Assembly (NCBI GenBank): GCA_938011245.1
Contig: CALLUJ010000002.1
Span: 28,888 to 92,887 of the forward strand
Reading direction: 5' to 3'
From: an uncultured Aquimarina sp.
GTDB taxonomy: Bacteria > Bacteroidota > Bacteroidia > Flavobacteriales > Flavobacteriaceae
DNA: 64,000 nt
The position numbers were made by a program, and so were the translations under genes. Positions 1 to 11,800 of this stretch are shown here, piece by piece. A model generated the notes under the pieces. It saw only the letters and a list, made by a program, of their open reading frames with translations, made no database searches and was not told where the DNA came from. Numbering within the stretch: position 1 is the stretch's first letter; each line of letters starts with the position of its first letter.

Positions 1-34
1 TTTAACTTCGCAGGTTCGAATCCTGCTCTCCCCA
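1..34 (+). tRNA. tRNA-Tyr, 3' part only (cut by window start)
   Basis: T-arm GCAGGTTCGAATCCTGC followed by acceptor strand TCTCCCCA. The anticodon lies outside the window; Tyr is inferred from the long variable arm remnant and the conserved Tyr-Gly-Thr-tuf order. Confidence 0.75.
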
Positions 35-95
35 CAAAAAGAACTAATTTTATTAGTTTAAACTAAAATAAAGTGGTTTCTTTGTAAACCGAAAG

Positions 96-168
96 GCGAG
101 AGTAGCTCAGTTGGTAGAGCGTCAGCCTTCCAAGCTGAATGTCGCCGGTTCGAACCCGGTCTCTCGCT
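96..168 (+). tRNA. tRNA-Gly(TCC)
   Basis: 73-nt cloverleaf: acceptor GCGAGAG/CTCTCGC, D-arm AGCTCAGTTGGTAGAGC, anticodon loop CT-TCC-AA, T-loop GGTTCGAACC. Confidence 0.97.
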
Positions 169-234
169 CAAAGATATAGAACTGTGCATTGCATGGTTCT
201 ATATTTATATAAACAGATGTTTGTAGTCATAAAG

Positions 235-306
235 GCCGGTGTAGCTCAGTGGTAGAGCGTTTCCTTGGTAAGGAAGAGGTCACGAGTTCAATTCTCGTCA
301 TTGGCT
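235..306 (+). tRNA. tRNA-Thr(GGT)
   Basis: 72-nt cloverleaf: acceptor GCCGGTG/CATTGGC, anticodon loop TT-GGT-AA, T-loop GAGTTCAATTCTC. Confidence 0.96.
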
Positions 307-371
307 CAAATTTTTGAAAAAAGAAATAAATACTTTTTATTTATATAATTTAGAATTAAATAACACTCATT

Positions 372-1559
372 ATGGCAAAGGGAACTTTTGATCGTTCAAA
401 ACCTCACTTAAATATTGGTACTATTGGACACGTAGATCATGGTAAAACTACTTTAACTGCTGCGATTACTAAGGTATTGGCTGATGCAGGTCTTTCTGAG
501 GCAAGAGATTTCGATACTATCGATAATGCACCAGAAGAAAAAGAAAGAGGTATTACAATTAATACATCTCACGTTGAATATCAAACAGCTAACCGTCACT
601 ATGCACACGTTGACTGTCCAGGTCACGCCGATTATGTAAAAAACATGGTAACTGGTGCTGCTCAAATGGATGGTGCTATCCTTGTGGTTGCGGCTACAGA
701 TGGTCCAATGCCGCAAACTCGTGAGCATATATTGTTGGGTCGTCAAGTGGGTATTCCTCGTATCGTTGTTTTCTTGAATAAAGTGGATATGGTAGATGAT
801 GAGGAGTTGCTTGAGTTGGTTGATATGGAGGTTAGAGATTTACTTTCTTTCTATGACTATGACGGTGATAATGGTCCTGTTGTTTCTGGTTCAGCTTTAG
901 GTGCTTTAAATGGTGAGCAAAAATGGGTGGATACAGTGTTAGAATTAATGAATCAAGTTGATGCTTGGATTGAGGAGCCGTTAAGGGAAGTTGATAAAGA
1001 TTTCTTAATGCCAATTGAAGATGTGTTTTCTATAACAGGTCGTGGTACTGTGGCAACAGGGCGTATTGAAACAGGTATTGCAAATACAGGAGATCCAGTA
1101 GAGATTATTGGTATGGGTGCGGAGAAGTTAACTTCTACGATTACAGGTATTGAAATGTTTCGTCAAATCTTAGATAGAGGTGAAGCGGGAGATAATGCAG
1201 GTATTTTATTAAGAGGTATCGAGAAAACTCAGATTTCAAGAGGTATGGTTATTACTAAACCTGGATCTGTAACTCCTCATGCTAAGTTTAAGGCAGAGGT
1301 GTATATTCTTAAAAAAGAAGAAGGTGGGCGTCACACACCATTTCATAACAATTATCGTCCTCAATTCTATGTGCGTACAACAGATGTAACAGGTAATATT
1401 CAGTTGCCTGATGGTGTTGAGATGGTAATGCCAGGAGATAACTTAACAATTACCGTAGAGTTAATTAATACAATTGCAATGAATGTAGGTTTACGTTTTG
1501 CAATCCGTGAAGGAGGTAGAACTGTAGGTGCAGGTCAAGTAACTGAGATTCTTGATTAA
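372..1559 (+). CDS. tuf: Elongation factor Tu
   Basis: [25 protein letters not shown] and C-terminal [10 protein letters not shown] motifs; follows tRNA-Thr. Confidence 0.99.
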   Translation: MAKGTFDRSKPHLNIGTIGHVDHGKTTLTAAITKVLADAGLSEARDFDTIDNAPEEKERGITINTSHVEYQTANRHYAHVDCPGHADYVKNMVTGAAQMDGAILVVAATDGPMPQTREHILLGRQVGIPRIVVFLNKVDMVDDEELLELVDMEVRDLLSFYDYDGDNGPVVSGSALGALNGEQKWVDTVLELMNQVDAWIEEPLREVDKDFLMPIEDVFSITGRGTVATGRIETGIANTGDPVEIIGMGAEKLTSTITGIEMFRQILDRGEAGDNAGILLRGIEKTQISRGMVITKPGSVTPHAKFKAEVYILKKEEGGRHTPFHNNYRPQFYVRTTDVTGNIQLPDGVEMVMPGDNLTITVELINTIAMNVGLRFAIREGGRTVGAGQVTEILD

Positions 1560-1584
1560 TTTATTGTATTGAATAAATAATATA

Positions 1585-1626
1585 AGCAAGGTATTTTGAT
1601 TTTTTTCAAAATACCTTGCTTTTTTT
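1585..1626 (+). terminator. Intrinsic terminator after tuf
   Basis: 15-bp stem AGCAAGGTATTTTGA/TCAAAATACCTTGCT followed by a T run. Confidence 0.9.
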
Positions 1627-1639
1627 AAATCTTTTTTCA

Positions 1640-1647
1640 TACTTTTG
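1640..1647 (+). promoter_or_regulatory. Bacteroidota sigma70 -7 element for tRNA-Trp/secE/nusG
   Basis: TACTTTTG matches TAnnTTTG; lies just after the tuf terminator. Confidence 0.65.
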
Positions 1648-1693
1648 CACACTCATTTTGTGTAATCATAAAAAATGATTTAAAAAGATAAAT

Positions 1694-1766
1694 ACGGGAT
1701 TAGCTCAGTTGGTAGAGCACTGGTCTCCAAAACCAGGTGTCGTGAGTTCGAGTCTCGCATCCCGTG
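1694..1766 (+). tRNA. tRNA-Trp(CCA)
   Basis: 73-nt cloverleaf: acceptor ACGGGAT/ATCCCGT, anticodon loop CT-CCA-AA; upstream of secE. Confidence 0.97.
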
Positions 1767-1780
1767 CAAAATAAATAATA

Positions 1781-1978
1781 ATGGCTGCATTAATTAATTA
1801 TATAAAAGAGTCTTTTGGGGAATTAAAGAATAATGTTTCTTGGACTCCTAGGTCTGAAGCGCAACGATTAACAGTTGTTGTGGTTGTTTTTACAGTATTA
1901 TTTTCCTTAGCTATTTGGGGGGTTGATTATGTGTTTAGTGGTGTTGTAGGAAGGTATTTTGAATTAGTAAAACAATAG
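1781..1978 (+). CDS. secE: Preprotein translocase subunit SecE
   Basis: 65 aa; ELKNNVSWT motif followed by one TM helix; between tRNA-Trp and nusG. Confidence 0.93.
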   Translation: MAALINYIKESFGELKNNVSWTPRSEAQRLTVVVVVFTVLFSLAIWGVDYVFSGVVGRYFELVKQ

Positions 1979-1983
1979 TAGCT

Positions 1984-2535
1984 ATGGCTGATTCTAATGT
2001 GAAAAAATGGTACGTTGTACGTGCGGTAAGTGGTCAAGAAAATAAAGTAAAAGATTATATAGATCGTGAAATAACACAGCAAGGCCTGAGTGATTATGTT
2101 GAGCAGGTATTAGTTCCTACGGAGAAAGTTGTTCAAGTTCGTAATGGGAAAAAAATAAATAAAGAAAAAGTTTATTTCCCAGGTTATATAATGATAGAGG
2201 CTAATCTCTCAGGGGAGGTTCCTCATACTATACGGTCTATTAATGGAGTTATTGGTTTTTTAGGAGAGGTAAAAGGAGGTGATCCTGTGCCTTTGAGGAA
2301 GTCAGAAGTTAATAGAATGTTAGGGAAGGTGGATGAGTTAGCTGTTAAGGTTGATAATGTGGCGATACCGTTTTCAGAAGGAGAGACAATAAAAGTTGTT
2401 GATGGTCCTTTTAACGGTTTTAATGGTACTGTCGAGAGAGTGAATGAAGAAAAACGTAAGCTTGAAGTGATGGTTAAGATTTTCGGAAGAAAAACACCGT
2501 TGGAATTAAGTTATATGCAGGTAGAAAAAATTTAA
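1984..2535 (+). CDS. nusG: Transcription termination/antitermination factor NusG
   Basis: WYVV...SGQE N-terminus, YFPGYI, KOW motif VDGPFNGFNG, IFGRKTPLEL. Confidence 0.98.
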   Translation: MADSNVKKWYVVRAVSGQENKVKDYIDREITQQGLSDYVEQVLVPTEKVVQVRNGKKINKEKVYFPGYIMIEANLSGEVPHTIRSINGVIGFLGEVKGGDPVPLRKSEVNRMLGKVDELAVKVDNVAIPFSEGETIKVVDGPFNGFNGTVERVNEEKRKLEVMVKIFGRKTPLELSYMQVEKI

Positions 2536-2601
2536 TAGTTATATATTCTGAATTGCTTTTTTGATGCTTCCGCTAAAGAGTAATTCGTTAATTTTTGAAA
2601 A

Positions 2602-3039
2602 ATGGCAAAAGAAGTTAGTAAGGTTGTAAAGCTGCAAGTGCGTGGTGGGGCAGCAAATCCGTCTCCTCCAGTAGGGCCAGCTTTAGGTGCTGCCGGAGTA
2701 AATATCATGGAATTCTGTAAGCAATTCAATGGTAGAACTCAGGATAAAGCCGGTAAAGTGTTACCTGTAGTAATTACAGTGTATAGTGATAAATCGTTTG
2801 ATTTTGTTATAAAAACACCTCCTGCTGCAGTTCAAATTTTGGAAGCGGCAAAAGTAAAAAAAGGGTCTGGAGAGCCTAATAGAAAAAAAGTAGCTTCAGT
2901 TACTTGGGATCAGTTAAAAGTTATTGCAGAGGATAAAATGGCAGATTTAAATGCTTTTACTATTGAATCTGGGATGAAAATGATGGCTGGTACAGCGCGT
3001 TCTATGGGTATAACTGTTAAAGGCGATGCGCCATTTTAA
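2602..3039 (+). CDS. rplK: 50S ribosomal protein L11
   Basis: [12 protein letters not shown] and GTARSMG motifs. Confidence 0.99.
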   Translation: MAKEVSKVVKLQVRGGAANPSPPVGPALGAAGVNIMEFCKQFNGRTQDKAGKVLPVVITVYSDKSFDFVIKTPPAAVQILEAAKVKKGSGEPNRKKVASVTWDQLKVIAEDKMADLNAFTIESGMKMMAGTARSMGITVKGDAPF

Positions 3040-3051
3040 TTAAGGAAGATT

Positions 3052-3744
3052 ATGGCAAAATTAACAAAAAAACAAAAAGAAGCTCAATCTAAAATTGATG
3101 CAGATAAATTATATTCAGTAACAGAAGCTTCTGTGTTGGTGAAAGAGGTGTCTAAGGTAAACTTTGATGCGTCTGTGGATTTAGCAGTAAGATTAAATGT
3201 AGATCCACGTAAAGCTAATCAAATGGTTCGAGGTGTGGTAACATTGCCACATGGTACAGGTAAAGATGTTAAAGTCTTGGCTTTGGTTACTCCAGATAAA
3301 GAAGCAGAAGCTAAAGAGGCGGGAGCGGATTATGTTGGTTTAGATGAGTATTTGGCTAAGATTAAAGCAGGGTGGACCGATGTAGATGTAATTATTACTA
3401 TGCCTGCTGTTATGGGTAAGTTGGGACCCTTGGGACGTGTATTAGGGCCTAGAGGTTTAATGCCTAACCCTAAAACAGGTACTGTAACTATGGATATTGC
3501 AAAAGCAGTTTCGGATGTTAAGGCAGGTAAAATTGACTTTAAGGTAGATAAGACAGGTATTGTTCATGCTTCAGTTGGTAAAGCATCCTTTACTGCAGAT
3601 AAGTTGGAAGGTAATATTAAAGAGTTGTTGGGTACTTTGGTTAAACTTAAGCCGCAAGCGGCTAAAGGGGTGTATATTAAATCAATATATCTATCAAGTA
3701 CTATGAGTCCGGGTATTGCATTGGATAGTAAATCTTACGTATAA
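3052..3744 (+). CDS. rplA: 50S ribosomal protein L1
   Basis: [26 protein letters not shown] and STMSPG motifs. Confidence 0.99.
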   Translation: MAKLTKKQKEAQSKIDADKLYSVTEASVLVKEVSKVNFDASVDLAVRLNVDPRKANQMVRGVVTLPHGTGKDVKVLALVTPDKEAEAKEAGADYVGLDEYLAKIKAGWTDVDVIITMPAVMGKLGPLGRVLGPRGLMPNPKTGTVTMDIAKAVSDVKAGKIDFKVDKTGIVHASVGKASFTADKLEGNIKELLGTLVKLKPQAAKGVYIKSIYLSSTMSPGIALDSKSYV

Positions 3745-3764
3745 GCTAATTAAGATAAACAGTT

Positions 3765-4280
3765 ATGACAAGAGAAGAAAAATCAATAGTTATTGAGGAT
3801 TTAGCTGCTCAATTAGCGGAAAATAACACTATTTATTTAGCGGATATTTCTGGATTAGATGCAGGGGTTACTTCAAATTTACGTAGAGCTTGTTTTAAAG
3901 CAAATGTATCTATTGCAGTAGTTAAAAATACATTGCTGGCAAAAGCAATGGAAAAATCAGACAAAAATTTTGGGGAATTACCGTCAGCATTAAAAGGTAA
4001 TACTTCAATTATGTTTGCAGAAGCGGGTAATGCACCGGCTAAAGTGATTAAAGAGTTTCGTAAAAAATCAGATAAACCTTTGTTAAAAGGAGCTTTTGTA
4101 GAAGAGGCTGTTTTTGTTGGTGATGAAAACTTAGAAACGCTTGTTAATATTAAATCTAAAGAAGAGGTTATTGGGGAAATCGTTGGATTACTTCAATCGC
4201 CTGCCAAGAACGTGGTTTCTGCACTTAAATCAAGTGGAGGAAAGCTAGCAGGAATTCTTAAGACATTGTCTGAAAAATAG
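3765..4280 (+). CDS. rplJ: 50S ribosomal protein L10
   Basis: LRRAC...VVKNTL motif; synteny. Confidence 0.97.
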   Translation: MTREEKSIVIEDLAAQLAENNTIYLADISGLDAGVTSNLRRACFKANVSIAVVKNTLLAKAMEKSDKNFGELPSALKGNTSIMFAEAGNAPAKVIKEFRKKSDKPLLKGAFVEEAVFVGDENLETLVNIKSKEEVIGEIVGLLQSPAKNVVSALKSSGGKLAGILKTLSEK

Positions 4281-4337
4281 GCAAATAAAAAGACACACAC
4301 GAGTAATTATTTATATTAAAATTTAAAAACGGTAGAA

Positions 4338-4715
4338 ATGGCAGATTTAAAAGATTTCGCAGAACAATTAGTAAATTTAACAGTTAAAGAAGTTAATGAA
4401 TTAGCTGATATTCTTAAAGAAGAATATGGAATCGAACCAGCAGCAGCAGCTGTAGCTGTAGCAGTAGGAGGTGGTGCAGCAGGAGGTGATGCAGCTGAGG
4501 AGAAAACTGAATTTGATGTTGTGTTAAAAGCAGCAGGTGGTTCTAAATTAGCAGTAGTAAAGTTAGTTAAAGAATTAACAGGTCTTGGACTTAAAGAGGC
4601 TAAAGGGTTAGTTGACGATACTCCAAGTGCTATCAAAGAAGGAATTTCAAAAGACGAAGCAGAAGCGTTAAAAGCTCAATTAGAAGAAGCAGGAGCTGAA
4701 GTAGAGCTTAAGTAG
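4338..4715 (+). CDS. rplL: 50S ribosomal protein L7/L12
   Basis: Ala/Gly hinge, [18 protein letters not shown]. Confidence 0.99.
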   Translation: MADLKDFAEQLVNLTVKEVNELADILKEEYGIEPAAAAVAVAVGGGAAGGDAAEEKTEFDVVLKAAGGSKLAVVKLVKELTGLGLKEAKGLVDDTPSAIKEGISKDEAEALKAQLEEAGAEVELK

Positions 4716-4737
4716 GTTTACTAATAAACAATACTAA

Positions 4738-4780
4738 GGTTTAGACCTAAAGAGTAATCTTTATGGTCTAAACCATTTTG
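4738..4780 (+). terminator. Terminator/attenuator hairpin after rplL
   Basis: GGTTTAGACC-TAAAGA-GTAA-TCTTTA-T-GGTCTAAACC followed by ATTTTG. Confidence 0.7.
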
Positions 4781-4946
4781 TGTATATACAAACTAAGTCT
4801 TTATAGAATCGATTTTTTTTGATTAAATTTAAAGTTTAGATTGTGAATTTTTGAGAAAGAAATTTCTCGCCATATTACGCGATTCGCGTTTTATTTTGGT
4901 TATTTCGGTTTGAAATAACTCTTATTTGATAATTTAATTCTATCCA

Positions 4947-7900
4947 TTGATGTCAGCAACTAAAACTGCAAGATTGAATTTTTCTTCGATTAAGAACATC
5001 CCTGCATATCCAGATTTACTAGATATTCAGATTAAGTCTTTTCAGGATTTCTTTCAATTGGAAACGAAATCAGAAGAAAGAGGGAATGAAGGTCTGTATA
5101 ATACCTTCATGGAAAACTTTCCAATTACAGACACACGTAATCAATTTGTACTCGAGTTTTTAGATTACTTCGTAGATCCACCTCGTTACGATTTACAAGA
5201 ATGTATCGAAAGAGGATTAACCTATAGTGTTCCTTTAAAAGCTCGTTTAAAATTATATTGTACCGACGAAGAGCATGAAGATTTTGAAACTATCGTTCAA
5301 GATGTGTATCTAGGTACTATACCTTACATGACTCCAAGCGGTACTTTTTGTATTAATGGGGCAGAGCGTGTAGTGGTTTCTCAATTACACCGTTCTCCAG
5401 GGGTGTTTTTTGGGCAGTCTTTTCATGCAAATGGGACTAAATTATATTCTGCTCGTGTAATTCCATTTAAAGGTTCTTGGATTGAATTTGCTACAGATAT
5501 CAATAGCGTAATGTACGCTTATATCGATCGTAAAAAGAAATTACCCGTAACGACTCTTTTCCGAGCTATAGGATTTGAGCGTGATAAAGATATATTAGAA
5601 ATTTTTGACCTTGCAGAGGAAGTAAAAGTTTCTAAATCAGGATTGAAAAAAGTGCTAGGAAGGAAACTAGCAGCTCGTGTACTAAACACATGGCATGAAG
5701 ATTTTGTAGATGAAGATACAGGAGAAGTTGTTTCTATTGAAAGAAACGAAATTGTTTTAGATCGTGATACGGAATTAGACAAAGATCATGTCGAAGAAAT
5801 TTTAGAATCGGGAGCTAAAACTATTTTAATTCATAAAGAGGATAACGATAAAGGAGATTATGCAATTATTCATAATACCCTTCAAAAAGATCCAACCAAC
5901 TCTGAAAAAGAAGCTGTAGAGCATATCTATAGACAATTACGTAATGCAGAACCGCCAGATGAAGAAACGGCGCGTGGTATTATAGATAAATTATTCTTTT
6001 CCGATCAACGTTACAATTTAGGTGAAGTTGGGCGTTATAGAATGAATAAAAAATTAGGTTTAGATATTGAAATGGATAAGCAAGTGCTTACCAAATTAGA
6101 TATTATTACTATTGTAAAGTATTTAATAGAGCTTATAAACTCTAAAGCAGAAATTGATGATATTGATCACTTATCGAACCGTCGTGTACGTACTGTAGGT
6201 GAGCAATTGTCTCAACAATTTGGTGTTGGTTTAGCTCGTATGGCACGTACTATTAGAGAACGAATGAATGTTCGTGATAATGAAGTGTTTACTCCTATCG
6301 ATTTGATTAATGCTAAAACATTATCATCGGTAATTAACTCGTTCTTTGGAACTAACCAGTTATCTCAATTTATGGATCAAACCAATCCATTAGCAGAGAT
6401 TACACATAAACGTCGTCTATCGGCTCTTGGGCCTGGAGGATTGTCAAGAGAGCGTGCTGGTTTTGAAGTTCGAGATGTTCACTATACACACTACGGCCGT
6501 TTATGTCCAATTGAAACACCTGAAGGACCAAATATTGGTCTAATTTCTTCACTTTCGGTTTACGCAAAAGTAAACAGTATGGGATTCATCGAAACACCAT
6601 ATCGTAAGGTAGAAAATGGGAAAGTAGATTTAACTAGTACTCCACAATATTTAAGTGCGGAAGAAGAAGAGGGGATGAAGATTGCGCAAGCCAATATTCC
6701 TTTATCTGAAGACGGTACAATTATTTCAGAAAAAGTAATTGCCCGTGAGGAAGGAGATTTCCCAGTTGAAGATTCGGCAAACATTAATTACACAGATGTA
6801 GCCCCAAATCAAATATCATCTATTTCGGCATCTTTAATTCCTTTCTTGGAGCATGATGATGCAAACCGTGCCTTAATGGGATCTAACATGATGCGTCAAG
6901 CCGTACCATTATTACGTGTGGATTCCCCAATTGTTGGTACAGGTTTAGAACGTCAAGTAGCTTCGGATTCTCGTGTATTAATAAATGCAGAAGGAAATGG
7001 AGTTGTAGAGTATGTAGATGCTAATAAAATTACAATTAAGTATGATAGAACTGATGATGAACAATTAGTAAGTTTTGAGTCAGATTCTAAATCTTACGGC
7101 TTAATTAAATTTAGAAAAACGAACCAAGGTACTAGTATTAACTTGAAACCAATTGTAGAAATTGGAGATAGAGTCGAAAAAGGTCAAGTACTATGTCAAG
7201 GTTATGCAACCGAAGAAGGGGAATTAGCACTCGGAAGAAATATGAAAGTAGCCTTTATGCCTTGGAAAGGGTATAACTTTGAAGACGCTATTGTTATTTC
7301 TGAAAAAGTAGTTAGAGAAGATATATTTACTTCTATTCATATTGATGAATATTCTTTAGAAGTTAGAGATACAAAATTAGGTAATGAGGAATTAACGAAT
7401 GATATTCCAAATGTTTCTGAAGAAGCAACAAAAGACCTTGATGGAAATGGAATGATTCGTATTGGTGCAGAAGTGAAACCTGGCGATATTCTTATTGGTA
7501 AAATTACACCAAAAGGTGAAAGCGATCCTACACCAGAAGAAAAGTTATTACGTGCAATTTTTGGAGATAAAGCAGGAGACGTAAAAGATGCTTCATTAAA
7601 AGCATCTCCATCGTTACATGGTGTTGTTATCGATAAGAAATTATTTTCAAGAGCAGTTAAAGATAAACGTAAACGTGTTCAGGATAAAGAGGATATTTCA
7701 AAATTAGAAGCAAAATACGAAACTAAGTTTGAAGGATTAAAAGATCAATTAATAGATAAGTTATTCTCAATTATTGGAGGAAAAACATCCCAAGGAGTTT
7801 CTAACGATTTAGGAGAAGAAGTTTTGCCAAAAGGTAAAAAGTACACTCTTAAAATGTTAAATAGTATAGATGATTTTTCTCACTTGACAAAAGGAGTTTG

Positions 7901-8762
7901 GACAACAGATAAAGATGTTAATAAATTAGTTGCCGATTTACTTCACAATTATAAAATTAAGGAAAATGATCTTCAAGGAAATTTACGTCGTGAAAAATTT
8001 ACAATTTCTGTTGGAGATGAATTGCCAGCAGGGATTTTAAAGCTTGCTAAAATTTATGTAGCGAAGAAACGTAAATTAAAAGTAGGAGATAAAATGGCAG
8101 GACGTCACGGTAACAAAGGTATTGTTGCGCGTATCGTTCGTCAAGAAGATATGCCTTTCTTGGAAGACGGAACACCAGTGGATATAGTATTAAATCCATT
8201 AGGGGTGCCCTCTCGTATGAATATTGGTCAAATTTATGAAACAGTTCTTGGATGGGCAGGTCAAAAATTAGGTCAGAAGTATGCAACTCCAATTTTTGAT
8301 GGAGCATCTTTAGATCAGATTAACGAGCTTACGGATAAAGCAGGTGTGCCTCGCTTTGGGCATACACACTTATATGATGGAGGAACAGGACAGCGTTTTG
8401 ATCAAGCTGCTACAGTAGGTGTAATATATATGCTTAAGCTGGGACACATGGTAGACGATAAAATGCACGCACGTTCTATAGGACCATATTCATTAATTAC
8501 ACAACAGCCTTTAGGTGGTAAAGCACAATTTGGAGGTCAGCGTTTTGGTGAAATGGAAGTTTGGGCACTCGAGGCTTATGGGGCATCAAGTACGTTACGT
8601 GAAATTTTAACGGTGAAATCTGATGATGTTATTGGTAGAGCTAAAACATACGAAAGTATTGTTAAAGGTGAGCCAATGCCAGAACCAGGTATTCCAGAGT
8701 CATTCAACGTATTAATGCATGAACTTAAGGGTCTCGGATTAGACATTCGTTTAGAAAACTAA
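4947..8762 (+). CDS. rpoB: RNA polymerase beta subunit (start may be the ATG at 4950)
   Basis: [30 protein letters not shown] and QFMDQTNPL motifs. Confidence 0.99.
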   Translation: MMSATKTARLNFSSIKNIPAYPDLLDIQIKSFQDFFQLETKSEERGNEGLYNTFMENFPITDTRNQFVLEFLDYFVDPPRYDLQECIERGLTYSVPLKARLKLYCTDEEHEDFETIVQDVYLGTIPYMTPSGTFCINGAERVVVSQLHRSPGVFFGQSFHANGTKLYSARVIPFKGSWIEFATDINSVMYAYIDRKKKLPVTTLFRAIGFERDKDILEIFDLAEEVKVSKSGLKKVLGRKLAARVLNTWHEDFVDEDTGEVVSIERNEIVLDRDTELDKDHVEEILESGAKTILIHKEDNDKGDYAIIHNTLQKDPTNSEKEAVEHIYRQLRNAEPPDEETARGIIDKLFFSDQRYNLGEVGRYRMNKKLGLDIEMDKQVLTKLDIITIVKYLIELINSKAEIDDIDHLSNRRVRTVGEQLSQQFGVGLARMARTIRERMNVRDNEVFTPIDLINAKTLSSVINSFFGTNQLSQFMDQTNPLAEITHKRRLSALGPGGLSRERAGFEVRDVHYTHYGRLCPIETPEGPNIGLISSLSVYAKVNSMGFIETPYRKVENGKVDLTSTPQYLSAEEEEGMKIAQANIPLSEDGTIISEKVIAREEGDFPVEDSANINYTDVAPNQISSISASLIPFLEHDDANRALMGSNMMRQAVPLLRVDSPIVGTGLERQVASDSRVLINAEGNGVVEYVDANKITIKYDRTDDEQLVSFESDSKSYGLIKFRKTNQGTSINLKPIVEIGDRVEKGQVLCQGYATEEGELALGRNMKVAFMPWKGYNFEDAIVISEKVVREDIFTSIHIDEYSLEVRDTKLGNEELTNDIPNVSEEATKDLDGNGMIRIGAEVKPGDILIGKITPKGESDPTPEEKLLRAIFGDKAGDVKDASLKASPSLHGVVIDKKLFSRAVKDKRKRVQDKEDISKLEAKYETKFEGLKDQLIDKLFSIIGGKTSQGVSNDLGEEVLPKGKKYTLKMLNSIDDFSHLTKGVWTTDKDVNKLVADLLHNYKIKENDLQGNLRREKFTISVGDELPAGILKLAKIYVAKKRKLKVGDKMAGRHGNKGIVARIVRQEDMPFLEDGTPVDIVLNPLGVPSRMNIGQIYETVLGWAGQKLGQKYATPIFDGASLDQINELTDKAGVPRFGHTHLYDGGTGQRFDQAATVGVIYMLKLGHMVDDKMHARSIGPYSLITQQPLGGKAQFGGQRFGEMEVWALEAYGASSTLREILTVKSDDVIGRAKTYESIVKGEPMPEPGIPESFNVLMHELKGLGLDIRLEN

Positions 8763-8850
8763 TCAAAGAACTAATTGACCGTCTGTAGTTTTATAATAAA
8801 CTTGCAGGCGGTATTTATCAAACATTAACATTCTTAAGACCTATTTTATT

Positions 8851-11800
8851 ATGGCAAGAAATAATGATAAGAATCAAGTACAGAGATTTAATAAAATCTC
8901 TATTGGTTTAGCTTCTCCAGAATCTATTTTAGAAACTTCTCACGGAGAAATTCTTAAACCAGAAACAATAAATTATCGTACACATAAACCAGAACGTGAT
9001 GGTTTATTTTGTGAGCGTATTTTTGGTCCTGTAAAAGATTATGAATGTGCTTGTGGAAAGTACAAACGTATTCGTTATAAAGGGATTGTATGTGATCGAT
9101 GTGGAGTTGAAGTTACCGAAAAGAAAGTACGTCGTGATCGAGTAGGACATATCAATTTAGTAGTTCCAGTAGCACATATTTGGTATTTCCGTTCATTACC
9201 TAACAAAATTGGTTATTTGTTAGGATTACCTTCTAAGAAATTGGATATGATTATTTACTACGAACGTTATGTAGTAATTCAACCCGGTATCGCTAAAAAT
9301 GAAGAAGGAGAATCTGTTAAAAAAATGGATTTCCTTACAGAAGAAGAATACTTAAATATTCTAGATAGTCTCCCTCAAGAAAACTTATATTTGGATGATT
9401 CTGATTCAGATAAGTTTATAGCTAAGATGGGAGCAGAGTGTTTAATTGAATTGTTAAAAAGAATTGAATTAGACGAACTTTCATATCAATTACGTCATAA
9501 AGCTAATAACGAAACTTCTAAGCAAAGAAAAGCAGAAGCTTTAAAACGTTTACAAGTAGTTGAAGCTTTACGTGATGCTAATAAAAATCGAGAAAATAAT
9601 CCAGAATGGATGATTATGAAAGTAATTCCGGTAATACCACCAGAATTACGTCCGTTAGTGCCATTGGATGGAGGTCGTTTTGCGACATCAGATTTGAATG
9701 ATTTATACCGTAGAGTAATTATTCGTAACAATCGTTTAAAACGATTGGTTGAAATTAAAGCTCCGGAAGTAATTTTACGTAACGAGAAGCGTATGCTTCA
9801 AGAATCGGTAGATTCATTATTTGATAATACACGTAAATCTTCTGCGGTTAAAACCGAAAGTAACCGACCATTAAAGTCTCTTTCCGATTCTTTAAAAGGA
9901 AAACAAGGACGTTTCCGTCAAAACTTACTAGGTAAACGTGTGGATTATTCTGCTCGTTCGGTTATTGTTGTAGGACCAGAATTGAAATTATTTGAATGTG
10001 GTTTGCCTAAAAATATGGCAGCCGAGTTATATAAGCCTTTCGTTATTCGCAAGCTTATAGAACGTGGTATCGTTAAAACGGTTAAATCGGCAAAGAAAAT
10101 TATAGACCGTAAAGAGCCAGTAGTATGGGATATTTTAGAAAACGTACTAAAAGGTCATCCAGTATTGCTAAACCGTGCTCCTACGCTTCACCGTTTGGGT
10201 ATTCAAGCCTTTCAACCTAAATTAATAGAAGGAAAAGCAATTCAATTACACCCACTAGTATGTACGGCCTTTAATGCCGATTTTGATGGAGATCAAATGG
10301 CGGTACATTTACCTTTAGGACCAGAGGCTATTTTGGAAGCTCAATTATTAATGTTGGCATCTCATAATATCCTTAACCCTGCAAATGGTTCGCCAGTAAC
10401 GGTACCATCTCAGGATATGGTTTTGGGTCTTTATTATATGACGAAAGAGCGTAAATCTACTCCAGAATTGATTATTAAAGGGGAGGGCCTAACATTCTAT
10501 TCTGCAGAAGAGGTTAATATAGCTTACAACGAAGGTAAATTAGACATTAATGCAGGGATTAAAATACGTGCAAACGATTTTAATGAAGCAGGGGAACTAG
10601 TTCCTCAAATTATACAGACTACTACAGGGCGTGTACTTTTTAATGAAAAAGTACCTACTGCGGCAGGATATATAAATCAAGTATTAACTAAGAAAGCACT
10701 TCGAGATATTATTGGAGATATTTTAAAGGTAACTTCAGTTCCAGAAACAGCGGCGTTCTTAGACGAGATTAAAACGTTAGGATATAACTTTGCCTTTAGA
10801 GGTGGATTATCATTTAGTTTGGGAGACATCATTATTCCGCCAGAAAAGCAAACAATGATTGATGCAGCTAATTCTAAAGTAGATAATATTATAGGAAACT
10901 ATAATATGGGACTTATTACAAATAACGAACGTTATAACCAAGTTATTGATATATGGACCTCTACAAACTCTGAATTAACAGAGCTATCTATGAAGCGTAT
11001 TAGTGAAGATCAACAAGGATTCAACTCGGTGTTTATGATGCTTGATTCTGGGGCTCGTGGATCTAAAGAGCAGATTCGTCAGTTAACAGGAATGCGTGGA
11101 TTAATGGCAAAACCTAAAAAATCTGCAGATGGTGGTGGAGCTATTATTGAAAATCCAATTATTTCTAACTTTAAAGAAGGTCTTTCTATTTTAGAATACT
11201 TTATTTCTACTCACGGTGCGCGAAAAGGTCTTGCTGATACAGCTTTGAAAACAGCAGATGCAGGGTATTTAACACGTCGTTTAGTAGATGTATCTCAGGA
11301 TGTTATTATTAACGAAACAGATTGTGGAACTTTACGAGGTGTTGAAGTAGAGCCATTAAAAAAGAACGAAGAAATTATAGAGTCTTTAGGGGCTCGTATA
11401 GTAGGGCGTACTTCTTTAAATGATGTTATTAATCCAGTTAATCAAGAAGTTATTGTAGAAGCTGGACAATTTATAGGAGAAAAAGAAGTGGAGCTTATCG
11501 AAGCAGCGCCAATTGATTCTGTAGAAGTTCGTTCAGCATTAACATGTGAAGCTAAAAGAGGAATTTGTGTAAAGTGTTACGGTCGTAACCTTGCTACAAA
11601 TAAAACAGTACAATTAGGAGAAGCAGTAGGAGTTGTGGCAGCACAATCCATTGGAGAACCGGGTACTCAATTAACGCTTCGTACCTTCCACGTAGGAGGT
11701 ATTGCAGGAAACATTTCAGAAGAAAATAGTTTGAAAGCTAAATTTGCTGGAGTTGCAGAAATTGATGAATTGAAGATTGTTAAAGGAGAAAATGCTGAAG

